Positions 41,014 to 52,505 of a stretch of 64,000 bases of DNA are shown here, piece by piece. The notes beneath the pieces were generated by a model. It searched no databases and had not been told where the DNA came from. It saw nothing but the letters and a program-made list of their open reading frames with translations. This DNA comes from Macrostomum lignano (Eukaryota). Numbering within the stretch: position 1 is the stretch's first letter; each line of letters opens with the position of its first letter. Position numbers and translations under genes: made by a program. The stretch lies in NCBI GenBank assembly GCA_002269645.1, contig NIVC01000302.1, positions 630,580 through 694,579 on the forward strand. Direction: 5' to 3'.

Positions 41014-41797
41014 GTTTCCCGCCGGCCGGGCTTTACTTGGGCAGACCGCTGCATTGTGGCCCCAACCGGAGCAGTTGAAGCACCGACCTTGCTTGTGGGC
41101 ACCTTTAGTTGGACATCTGCGCGCGATGTGACCGTCTTTGCCGCACTGGTAGCAACCGGATGTTCTCTGGGCCTGCCGACGGTCACCTGGTCCAGCGCGG
41201 CTGCTGCTCGAGTCGGGACAGCCGGTCATCAACCACGGAGACCATAGACGAACTTGCGGGCGTGTTCTTGCTCATCACCTGCTCCAGTCTGGTGGCTCTC
41301 TCGACCAGCGTGCCCAGCGTGCATGTATCCGAGTCGCTCTCCTTGGGCAGGGCTTCGCGTATCCCTGCGCTTAATAGCTGGATAATTTTAAACTTGACCT
41401 CCCGATCACGGAGCGTTGATGGGTCATCCGGGCGGGCTCCCATGTACAGTAGCCTGAGAGCGAACGAGAGCTCCCTGATTGACTCGCCATTCTTGCGTTG
41501 TCGACCTTGGAACTCCTGCATGGCGCGGTGCTGATTGGCAGAGCCGCCGTACTGCTGGAGAAGAAGTGCCTTGATTTTCTCATAACTTTTTTTATCGGCA
41601 TCTGGCATGTCCCAAACACAGACCTGGGCCTCCCCTCTCAGCAGGAGCTTCACTTTGGAGGCGCGCTTTGCATCGTCCCAATTCTTGTCTTCGGCGAAGT
41701 CTTCAAAGATGCTCAGCCAAAAGTGCACGTTTGATTGGCCACTAAACTTGGGCGGTAGCAAACTGGCGTCGTTGCTCTTCTCATCTCGCTCTTCCAT
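41008..41797 (-). CDS. gag: Gypsy Gag: capsid-like region (41797-41183) and two CCHC knuckles in a second frame (41232-41008)
   Basis: PPKFSG..WLSIFE..LLLRGEA..QGRQRKNGESIRELSFALRLL; CYQCGKDGHIARRC and CFNCSGWGHNAAVC. Confidence 0.85.
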
Positions 41798-42645
41798 TCT
41801 GATCTGCCAACTTGAATTGGGCTTCGCTGCCACCAGTGTAAGACCAGAATTGCGAGAAAATCAGTACGAGGGCTCAAAGGCCAAGTTAGTCGATATATAT
41901 ATTTGTCATTCACTATGTACGCGCGTACATTCCGATCGATATAGGTTCAGGTGAATAAAAGCGTGCCCAACCCCCCAGCGCAGGCCAACCCCCAAAACAG
42001 CCAACACAACGAACACCAAAACTCACAGGACCAACGACTTCGAGCTGGCGCTCTGTGTCCCTCTGGCTATGGCGACGACTAAGTACAAGTACAAAGTACA
42101 AGACAAAGTACAAGCTGTACCCCGGAATCGAGTTCTGGAAGCCGAGCAAGGCCAAGTGCGACAGCGAGCCCGGCTTGGTGATCATGGCCGATGCGATGGA
42201 TGCAGCCGAGATGAGCCACATCGACATGCTTTGCGACCGTTCGAGCACAGGTACGTTTCTCGGAGGTGTGCAGCCTGCAGGCAGTGCGGAGCCGGATGGA
42301 GGCTGGATCTGGGCGAGCTGCGGTCTCCCGATCGACTCAACTCTCTGGTGTTGCACCGAGCCGAGCGACAGTGGAAGTCAAAATGTAACTGTCAGGTGGT
42401 ACAACGCGCACAAGCTTACTGACCTGAAGGATACCTCGTCTCGAGCCACCGGCGTCCTGCGCGAGTGCGTGTCTCCATTCGAGTGAATGGCTTAAACCAA
42501 TTGAGCGGTTCAATGGATACTATTTCTTAACGAAGTTTTCAAGTCATTTTGGAATACTTGTTTTGAATTCTAAATATGACTTTCCTATCTGATAAAAGCA
42601 ACTCTGTCGGCTGTTCTGTTATTCATACCATCACTGTACCTTGCA

Positions 42646-42870
42646 TTCGCCCGCTGAACACTCCTGTGTGAGTGTGTGCCTGTGCGAATGACTACGTACG
42701 CATCCGCGCGCTTGTGTGCCTTCTCAGGAGAGTCGGCGGAATGGGCAGTAAAGCCCCTCGCCGGTTGTGTGACAATTTCGCTTAAAGTGTGCCAGGGTGC
42801 ACACAGAACTATCGTAAACCCTAATTCCTAAACCATAACTCTAGCACTAACCTAATCGCTAACCCAAATC
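42646..42870 (+). repeat. Dispersed repeat copy 2, followed by a degenerate CCCTAA tract
   Basis: Inverted homolog of 8434-8565, then aaaccctaattcctaaaccataactctagcactaacctaatcgctaaccc. Confidence 0.7.
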
Positions 42871-42914
42871 CGACTTATCGGTAGCTAACTTGTTGGCATG
42901 CGTGTCGCCGCTCC

Positions 42915-42994
42915 CCTCTCGATCCAGTAGTGTATTAGCAGGTCGCTAAGCTTCAGAATTAGCTTTGAAAGCTGACAGTCACATTCTGACTCGG
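42915..42994 (-). pseudogene. ~80-bp relic of a third lectin paralog (C-terminal CTL segment)
   Basis: 21/21 match to 34376-34396. Translates PSQNVTVSFQS* and then, after a frameshift, LKLSDLL; copy 1 has PSQNVTVRYKGYPKLSDLL. Confidence 0.65.
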
Positions 42995-43284
42995 ACTAAC
43001 TTGTATACATGTAGAGCGTTTATTCATAGCTCGTAAAATTGAAATCTTGATTTCAATTCATTTGATCGCTGATTAGCTCGCACCAGCGAAGTCGACAAGA
43101 TCTTCATGTAAGATTGAAAGCATTGATTGATATATTGTAAACATTGAGAACTACTCAATTGGACATCAAAATCTCGTTTTACATGTCAATAATCCGCGGA
43201 TGGCTTTTGCTATTACAGAAAGCAACGCTGAAACCAACAGGACTCTCGAAAATCGAGCATTGTCCATTGTACCAGCAACAGAAA

Positions 43285-43515
43285 TCATGCTCCTGCTCCT
43301 GCTCATGCTCCTGCTCCTACTCATGCTCCCGCTCCTGCTCCCGTTTCTGCTCCTGCTCATGCTCCTGCCCTTGCTTCTGCTCATGCTCCTGCCCTTGCTT
43401 CTGCTCATGCTCCTGCCCTTGCTTCTGCTCATGCTCCTGCCCTTGCTTCTGCTCCTGCTCCCGCTCCTGCTCCCGTTTCTGCTCCTGCTCCTGCTCCTGC
43501 TCATGCTCCTGCTCC
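43285..43515. repeat. (CTGCTC)n-derived array; a shorter remnant lies at 46911-46990
   Basis: ctcctgctc/ctcatgctc units on both sides of the LINE. Confidence 0.9.
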
Positions 43516-46500
43516 TCTCTCTCTCTCTCTGCACCGCACACCCCGAAGTCAGCGCTGCTGCGTCAAAGTTGGCGCCCCAGTCTGCGAACGAGCTTGAGAA
43601 CTGCTGGCGCATCACAGAGGAGAAGCTCAGGATCAGCCGGGCGGGCCGCGTGTCCTCTGGGGCAGTCGAAAAGAAGATGCTGCTCAGTGTCCGGGTCCCC
43701 GCAGTCCGGGCACAGCGGGTTGTCAGACAGGCCGAGCCGATGGCGAGTGGCGGCCGCTTGGAGGCTGCAGCCGGCGCGAAGCTGATTAATGGCCACCTCG
43801 GCCCTTCTGGGTAAAGCTGGCAGTTGTGGCCAGGAAGTTTCCCGGCCCCAGAACTCGAGGTCGAGATTGGATCTCAGACGGTGGAGGTAGGCGTTTGCAG
43901 CCGTGAGCGGTACCTCCTGATCAACTTGGCAAGTGACAGTGTTCTTTGCTGCCTTGTCTGCGCGTTCGTTAAGCTGCATCCCACAGTGGGCTGGGGATCC
44001 AGGTGAGGCGAACGTCGGCACTCGCTTTGCTAATTATGCGCCAGATGCTGTTGAGGCCTCTCATAATACTCTGAATGGCTGCCTGCGAGTCGGTGAGGAT
44101 GTTGGCGGCCGGGGGGTTGGCGAGTTCTCCGGAGATGGACTGTAAGGCGATGAGGATGGCATGAAGTTCCGCTTGTGTGCTGCTGCAGATGCCGCCTTCT
44201 GCACTGGTGACGATGCGGCCCCATTTCGGCGTGATCACGACGGCCGCTTTGGTGCCATTGGAGGTGCCGCCGGAGGCTGATCCATCAGTCCAGACTTGGA
44301 CGGGGTGCATGCCGCCCTTCTCCAAGTACGTGATGGCCGCGTGGTTGCGGCGACCCGGGGGGGGAGTCTGCGGCTGCATTGCTCTGGTAGCGAGAGGTCG
44401 CAGTCGACGGTGCCGCGGGCCTCCCACGGCGGCTGGTGTTGCAGCTGGTCCTCTTTCGGGAGGCTTTCGAGGGTTCCAGGGCGGTCGAGTTCCCGGCTGA
44501 CACGTCGCCAGCAGCCTCGGAAGTGCCGCTGGTAGTCGAGCGCGACGGTGCAGATTTCTGTGAGGTCACGCTGCTGTCTCTGGTGTCTCTCAAAGGCACG
44601 GTTCTTGAGGCGCGGCTGAGTGTCTCTCAGGGCGACCTCACGCGCCGGGGTCTCGGCTGGGAGGCGCAGGATTCCTTCACGGAGACTTGCACTGCGCTGG
44701 AGGATCAGGTGGCCAAAGGTGGGGAGGTTGACAACAGCCAGCAGATCCCGGATATGAGTCAGCTGCAGGCACCCGGGGAAAATACGAGCGCAGCTGTGTT
44801 GTTGTCGGTCGATTAGGAGTTGGTTGGAGGAGGGGCTGCAAAGGATCCCCAGACGTCGCAGGCGTAGTCGGCCACTGAGCGGACTGTTGCGATGTACGCT
44901 GTCCGGAGGATCCTGCTGTCCGCGAGGGCTGCTCTGGTAGCGAGGGCAGCAAGTGGGCGCTTACGGGCGGCCATCTTTCGTCGGATGTTTGCGGCGTGCT
45001 GAGCGAAACTGAGACTGCCGTCCAACGTGAGCCCCAAAAAGGTCGGCGTGAGCTCGAAGTTGAGCTTATCTCCAATAATGCGAAGGTTCACCTGGCTCTT
45101 TCCGTTATTCTCATTTGGGGCCAGAGTGAAAGTGGTAAAGCAGCATTTGCTATTGCTAATGGTGACCTTCCAGGTCCTGCACCAGCTGGTCACTGCGTCC
45201 AGAGCAGGTTGGAGCTCCTCTGCGAAGGTAGCCAGGGAGCGGGTCGTGGCTAGTAGGACCGACTCGTCCGCGTTAAGGCTCAGGTCGGTTCGTGGGCTGG
45301 CTGCGGCAACAGCCTCGGCGAGGTTTATGTTCCACAGGGTGGGCGCTAGGAGGCCGCGGACCCAGCGCGTCATACGTCTGGAGATGCCCATGCGTCGCAT
45401 TTTGGCGTAGAGCGCCAGGCGCCAGACTTTGTCGTAGGCCCGGCTGGAGTCGATAAGGCACAGGATGCTGCACAGGGCAGGGTGGTTTTCCAAGCCGTCG
45501 AAAATAGCTTGACAGACCCTGGCGAGCTGGTCCTCAGTGCTGCGTCCACGGCGGAAACCGGCTTGATTTTGTGATAGGCAGCCGCGGCTTTCCAGGTCGT
45601 GGTTAAGGCGGACAAGCACCATGCGCTTTGCGCACTTAGCGACGCAGCTGGTCAAGGCGACAGGACGATAGCTGTCCGGTGACGTGGCACTCTTGTCCTT
45701 TTTCCGGATCGGGATGATGGTGCCATTTCGCCAGCTGGTCGGTGTTTGCCCTTCGGTCCAGGTGCGGTTGATTAGTTTGAGAAGGATGTTTTCAGCGGCC
45801 GCGGGAAGGCGTTTCAGCATTTCGTTTGAGACGCCGTCGGCCCCCACAGACTTCCCCGACTTGAGGCAACGAACAGCGGCGCGGAGCTCGCCGATATAGA
45901 AGAGGGCAGGGGGGTAATCTGTGACTGCCGTGGCCTCGTTGGCTTCGTAGCGGATTGCAGTATCCTGACGGCGTCTGGGGACTCGGCTCACTTCCGCGTA
46001 CATCTGGCAGAAAAGCTCTGCCTTTTCTTTGTTAGTGCGGGCCGTGCGCTCGGGGACGTTTTCTGAGGCGGGTCTGGTAATCGCTGCGGAGTCCCCTGTC
46101 TTGTACCCTTCGCCTCTCATGGCGCGAAAGGGCCAAAGATGTCGGAGCCCTGGTGGAAATGTGCCGCTCTTTCCAGCAGAAAGGCTTTCTTTTCCTTGTT
46201 GAGGCAGTCTGAGGCATTATGCCGGGCCCGTGCGGCTGCGGCAAGGTTCTCCGGGGTCGGGTCGGCTTCGGCGACCTGACGTGCTGCTTTGGTCGCTTTC
46301 GTGGCATCCTCGCACGCGTCGTTCCAGAATGGGAGCCGGCGCGTTGGCTTCCCTGAGCTGCGCGGGATGTTGTGTCGCGCAGCTGAGAGTATTGCATCGG
46401 AAAGCCGAGTTGCCTCATCGTTGAGCGCGACCGCTTGTAGTTCGGAGTCGGCCCAGGCAGTCAAAACGGCCCAGTTTGCTTTCTTGCAGATCCAGCGTTT

Positions 46501-46910
46501 CTGTCCCTGGCGGATTGGCGGTCCGGCGTTGGAGGCTGGGATGTTGCAGAAGATTGGCAGGTGGTCGCTGCCCCAGTCGGGGCCAGTTCTCCAGGAGTCA
46601 ATCGGGGCGCCGGAGAGGGCGCTGCTGCAGATCGTCACATCCGAACTGCTGATGCGACCTGTACTGGGGCACTGTACAGGGGCACCTGTGGGGCACCTGT
46701 TGGTTGAGTTGCAGATGGTCAGGCCGTTGCGAGCAACCCATTCATCAACCGTTTGGCACCTGGCATCCTCGTCGAGGTGATGTTCCCAGCTGCCATGGGC
46801 GTTGAAGTCGCCCCCGAGGATGGCTCTGCCGGTGACCGGTAGGTTGTTGAAGGTTGGCTGCCAGGCGTCATCAGGGCGTTGGCAACTGGTGGGTGGAGCG
46901 TAAGTGGTTC
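43516..46910 (-). mobile_element. 5'-truncated, frameshifted non-LTR retrotransposon with RNase H (I group; Ingi/Nimb-like)
   Basis: AP endonuclease (YAPP, GGDFNAH, SDHLPI); RT (YRPVALTSC, QAGFRRGRSTEDQ, FLGLTLDGSL); PPW linker; RNase H (VWTDGS, QAELHAI, TDSQAA, NERADKAAK); C-terminal CPDC..H..C finger; (AG)n tail; 12-bp TSD TGCTCCTGCTCC at 43504-43515 and 46911-46922. Confidence 0.9.
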
Positions 46911-48695
46911 TGCTCCTGCTCCCGCTCCTGCTCCTATACATGTACTCCTGCTCCTTCTTACGACTCGTATGCCGCTCTGCTCCTGCTCAATGGGCATCAA
47001 TTATCTAGTCATACTACTGAACAGTACAAAATAGCAATTAGCTATTCTGTAAAATTCAGCCCTAGAGGACATCTCTAGCGACTGCACGAGCGCCACTTTG
47101 ATTCATTTCATGTCCAGCGCATTAGAGGTCAAGCAAGAACAGAGCGGAGAAGCATCCTTCCACTCTTCTTTAGCTTCAGGTGCGCAAAAAGTCCACGACG
47201 TGCCTCGTTAAGTCAGTTCGGTCTGCTCCCAGTGCTTGGCCTCTTTGTATCGCAAACGATCTATCCTGAATGATTTTTTGCAAAATTTGGTAACTAACTG
47301 TTAGTCAAAGAGCATTATTCGATGCTTTCTTCACAGTATGCATTCAATATGATTTTGGTCAGCAGCATGTTGTAGATGGTGGAGCAGACAGAAGCAAGAT
47401 GGCCCCTGTTACTATTTCTATGCACATTGCACTGAAAATTCAGACATTCAAACAGTTCATGAGGCCATCGCGTGTTACGCTGCTTAGGAACAAGAGACCC
47501 AGTAAAGATAAAAGCTGTTTTGGAAAATGCACTTTGTACTTAGGAATAATGCATTTATTTTTTGCTAATTCTTGCGTGACACAATAGTGCCACTCACTGC
47601 AATACATACACACACAAAATCTCTGTACTGAATCATAATTTCATAAATGTTTTCAAAGACAATCACAGTTACAAAGTTAAAAGTTAATTCAAAGTTAATA
47701 AAGTTCTAACTGGACTTTTCTAGCCTGCCGGTTACTTTTTTCGTATCTTCATACCTTTGCAGACGAAGGTTCCAGGCGTTTGCGCTGTCGTGCACTGGGT
47801 GTACTTTTACCGGGCATTAAATTTCCTATACAGCTTCCTAAATCTCTTGCCGTCTGTAGTAGTTGGCTGGGGCGGTCAATACGAGCTCAATGGTAAATAC
47901 GAGTCGACATGTACTGTCTGAGTTCAGTACGTCTGAGTTATCACTAAACAGTTGTTCGGTTTCATAAACATAAATTCTGCGTTCAACACTTAGGTAACAA
48001 TGCAGGTAACAATGCACTACTGACTACAGGTAAACAAAACACTACTGACTACAGGTAAACAACACACTACTGACTACAGGTAACAATACACAAAGCTGAC
48101 ACAAAAATGCCTAAATAGCATTCACAATTGATCCAGCAATATACAATGCCCCTCAAAGCATTACTTTTTTCTGAACTCAAAACGAAATGAAAAAATTATC
48201 ATAAGAATAAATTTTCTGTGTCTTTCAGATTTCGCTATCCGAACATGCTAAATTACAGTCAAATTTAATGATCCAGAGAAGACAATTAATTTATTGTATT
48301 TCCAGTCGCCAGCGTCCTTCAGGTTGGTGTCTTCAAATCATAACAAACATTGAACCGTACACACTGTATGTGTTCAATTTCGGCCACTGGTGACATATAA
48401 ATACACTACCGTAGTCTCTATTTAGAACCGGTTTGCCGCAATGTGGTTAAAAGACAGCGGTGTGTTTGATTGAATTCTATACTTCTAGTTAACAATGCAG
48501 TTCCTTGTGCATCATTCTGAGATGGCTCTGTTTAAATATTGACGCTATTTTCGGGGCGATATTCCCATAAATAATTTTCTATAGCACTTGAATAGCACGG
48601 ATTTGTATAAGCACGTATGTTTACTCTACCGAATCCTGTTCATTCAGGCTGGTTGTGGAGCTCCAAATGGCACCTGAGGCGGCAATTAGGCTCCT

Positions 48696-50085
48696 GGAGT
48701 GACAAAGGAGCTGTTGAGGTGACAAAGTAGCTCCTAGAGTGACAAAGTAGCTAATTGAGTGACAAAGTAGCTGATTGGGTGACAAAGTAGCTTTTGGAGT
48801 GACAAAGTAGCTCCTGGAGTGACAAAGTAGCTTTTGGAGTGACAAAGTAGCTCCTGGCGTGACTAAGTAGCTGTTGAGGTGACAAAGTAGCTCCTGGAGT
48901 GACTAAGTAGCTGTTGAGGTGACAAAGTAGCTCCTGGAGTGACAAAGTAGCTGTTGAAGTGACAAAGTAGCTCATGGAGTGTGGAGTGACAAAGTAGCTG
49001 TTGGAGTGACAAAGTAGCTCATGGAGTGACAAAGTAGCTCCTGGAGTGACAAAGTAGCGGTTGGAGTGACAAAGTAGCTAATTGAGTGACAAAGTAGCTG
49101 TTGGAGTGACAAAGTAGCGGTTGGAGTGACAAAGTAGCTAATTGAGTGACAAAGTAGCTGTTGGAGTGAAAAAGTAGCGGTTGGAGTGACAAAGTAGCTC
49201 ATGGAGTGACAAAGTAGCTGTTGGAGTGACAAAGTAGCTCATGGAGTGACAAAGTAGCTGTTGGAGTGACAAAGTAGCTCCTGGAGTGACAAATTAGCGG
49301 CTGGAGTGACAAAGTAGCGGTTGGAGTGACAAAGTAGCTGTTGGAGTGACAAAGTAGCTGTTGGAGTGACAAAGTAGCTCCTTGAGTGACAAAGTAGCTC
49401 CTGGAGTGACAAAGTAGCTCCTGGAGTGACAGAGTAGCGGTTGGAGTGACAAAGTAGCTAATTGAGTGACTAAGTAGCGGTTGGAGTGACAAAGTAGCTC
49501 CTGGAGTGACTAAGTAGCTAATAGAGTGACAAAGTAGCTCATGGAGTGATAAAGTAGCTTATAGAGTGACAAAGTAGCTCCTGGAGTGACAAAGTAGCTG
49601 TTGGAGTGACAAAGTAGCTCATGGAGTGATAAAGTAGCTAATAGAGTGACAAAGTAGCTGTTGGAGTGACAAAGTAGCTGTTGAAGTGACAAAGTAGCTG
49701 TTGGAGTGACAAAGTAGCTCATGGAGTGACAAAGTAGCTCATGGAGTGACAAAGTAGCTCCTGGAGTGACAGAGTAGCGGTTGGAGTGACAAAGTAGCTC
49801 CTTGAGTGACAAAGTAGCTCCTGGAGTGACAAAGTAGCTCCTGGAGTGACAGAGTAGCGGTTGGAGTGACAAAGTAGCTAATTGAGTGACTAAGTAGCGG
49901 TTGGAGTGACAAAGTAGCTCCTTGAGGGAAAAAGTAGCTCCTGGAGTGACAAAGTAGCGGTTGGAGTGACAAAGTAGCTAATTGAGTGACAAAGTAGCGG
50001 TTGGAGTGACAAAGTAGCTCATGGAGTGACAAAGTAGCTCCTGGAGTGACAAAGTAGCTGTTGGAGGGACAAAGCTTATAGAGTG
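48696..50085. repeat. 20-bp minisatellite (GGAGTGACAAAGTAGCTSYT)
   Basis: ~68 tandem variants. Confidence 0.96.
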
Positions 50086-50615
50086 ACATCTGCAGTGTTA
50101 GGCTGATTTCTAGGCAGGCAAGTGCTTTAAAGAGTGCTATATAGGCTGGCAGTTGAAACTGTAGTTGATAATTACTTAAAAATCGCGTCTGCTCGCCCAG
50201 GGCACTGAGTTGCACCGAAAGCATCTGCTGAACAAGTGCAACGCTGGTGAAAAAGCCCTAATAGACGCAATTCTCGACGTTCAAGCTTTGACAGAGCTTA
50301 ACAGAACTAAGAGAATTACGATTTGTTTTAATGCGCACTCCGTCTTGCCCTCCAGACTTGGCGGCGCGCAATTCAGTCGGTTCATTCGCACTTGGCCTGA
50401 CTGACTGACTAACTGACTGATTTTTGCTAGTTGCGCAGTCAAGTCTGGATTTGCTAAAAAATTACTCTCGTTCTTGGCGCAATGAAGGGCGCAGAAGTGC
50501 GCACCCATCCCATACTAGAGTATAAGTACACCGAGGAGATAGTAGCAGCTTTACTGAACTCTGAGCTAGGTAGTTTGACTTGCGAAAATGGAGATTGCAG
50601 GATTTATTTAGTATA

Positions 50616-51622
50616 CCTTTTCAACTTCGGATTCGTCAAAATGAGTTCAAATTCGTCAGCGTATGCGAAACTATATAGCGCTCAAGGGGAAGAGAATGAG
50701 TGTCTGTGGTAAATTTTTAGAGAAAGTGACTTCGAATTCGTATAAGTAAGTGAAATTCGTCAGTGCAAATACAGCCTGATCAGAAAAAGTGTTTGCTTTG
50801 TCCATGGTAAGAAAAGAAGGTGTCTATGGTAAGTTTAAGTAAGAAAGTGAGTGAAGTTCGTGTGTGGAAAAGTAGCCAATTTCTTGAAATCTTCATTTCA
50901 TGCTTCGATTGTTTTCAGAGATGCCCTGCATGACAACAAACAGCCAATGTAACGCACAAAGTCCCGTCAAGTCGACGACTGATTGCCTGCGTTGTCAGCA
51001 GGAGCAGCAGGAAAATCTGCAACAAGCTTTTGCTGCATTTCTTTGAGGGTCACAGTCGGCTTCTCTTCCACATACCTCGTCAACCCCCCGAGCATCTCCT
51101 CAGAAAGCTTTGGTCTCACTAAAAAAACTAAACGCACCTCCATGCGCGTTTAGATCAATCCTACCCTCATCAACATATCTCCTGATGATGTCACTGGCAG
51201 TTGTCCTCTTCATATCCAGTTCAATTGCGAGTTACATGTATCTCCAGTCTCGTCTTTGTTGAAAACATCGCACGAGTCTAGAGCGATCCACAGACGAAAT
51301 TCTCATGCAGGGCATCTCTGACAACAATCAAAGCATGAAATGAAGATTTCAAGAAATTGGGCCACTTTTCCACACACGAACTTCACTCACTTTCTTACTT
51401 AAACTTACCATAGACACCTTCTTTTCTTACCATGGACAAAGCAAACACTTTTTCTGATCAGGCTGTATTTGCACTAACGAATTTCACTTACTTAGACGAA
51501 TTCGAGGTCACTTTCTCAAAAAATTTACCACAGACACTCATTCTCTTCCCCTTGAGCGCTATATAGTTTTGCATACGCTGACGAATTTGAACTCACTTTT
51601 GACGAATCCGAAGTTGAAAAGG
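50616..51622 (-). mobile_element. Internally deleted Tc1/IS630-like DNA transposon with ~320-bp TIRs and a TA TSD
   Basis: 50616-50933 is a near-perfect inverse of 51303-51622, and TA flanks both ends. The minus-strand interior translates MRISSVDRSRLVRCF..LAIELDMKRTTASDIIRRYVDEGR..HGG../RPKLSEEM..YVEEKPTVTLKEMQQKL, a transposase HTH region with stops and frameshifts. Confidence 0.85.
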
Positions 51623-51864
51623 TATACTTGAATCAAACGAATGATAAATTTCATTATCAAATTTAAATCTGGTCTTCATCGACTCGAGCGATGAACTAAA
51701 ACACCGTCTTAATGGCACTGTTGCATATTTATTGTATTTAGCTGCCAGACATGACTGACCTTCGCTCCTCCTCGATGCCTCTCTCACCGAAACCCTTTAC
51801 CTATCACCAGTCTCTCGCTAAGCTCAGTGTCTCAGTGAGATTCCGTACGTTAGTCTGGGTTTCC

Positions 51865-52505
51865 CCACTCTCTCATTTCTCTTCGACACTCTATCATCTC
51901 TCTTCCCCACTCTCTTATCTCTTTTCCCCACTCTCTCATCTCTCTTCCCCACTCTCATCTCTCTTCCCCACTCTCTCATCTCTCTTCCCCACTCTATCAT
52001 CTCTCTTCCCCACTCTCATCTCTCTTCTTCCCCACTCTCTCATCTCTCTTCCCCACTCTCATCTCTCTTCCCCACTCTCTCATCTCTCTTCCCCACTCTA
52101 TCATCTCTCTTCCCTCACTCTCATCTCTCTTCTTCCCCACTCTCTCATCTCTCTTCCCCACTGTCTTATCTCTTTTCCCCACTCTCTCATCTCTCTTCCC
52201 CACTCTCTCATCTCTCTTCCCCACTCTCTCATCTCTCTTCCCCACTCTCTCATCTCTCTTCCCCACTCTCTCATCTCTCTTCCCCACTCTCTCATCTCTC
52301 TTCCCCACTCTATCATCTCTCTTCCCCACTCTCTCATCTCTCTTCTTCCCCACTCTCTCATCTCTCTTCCCCACTGTCTTATCTCTTTTCCCCACTCTCT
52401 CATATCTCTTCCCCACTCTCTCATCTCTCTCCCCACTCTATAATCTCTCTTCTCCACTGTCTTATCTCTCTTCCCCACTCTCTACTCTCTCTTCTCCACT
52501 CTCTG
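51865..52505. repeat. Pyrimidine-rich ~21-bp array (CTCTCATCTCTCTTCCCCACT)
   Basis: Tandem copies visible. Confidence 0.93.

Larger units (their letters stand above)
38053..42027 (-). mobile_element. Ty3/gypsy LTR retrotransposon with a 3' deletion
   Basis: 191-bp 5' LTR at 42027-41837 (TGT..ACA); PBS TGGTGGCAGCG at 41835-41825, complementary to a tRNA-Leu-type 3' end; gag-PR-RT-RH-IN order; only 26 bp of the 3' LTR remain (38078-38053); TSD GAAC/GGAC. Confidence 0.95.
37726..42486 (+). pseudogene. PAN + C-type lectin paralog (copy 2), disrupted: 5' part 37726-38052, 3' part 42028-42486
   Basis: Colinear with copy 1. Three lesions: TCG>TAG stop at 38020-38022, gypsy insertion after 38052, and a +14-nt frameshifting replacement at 42081-42101. 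Confidence 0.9.
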
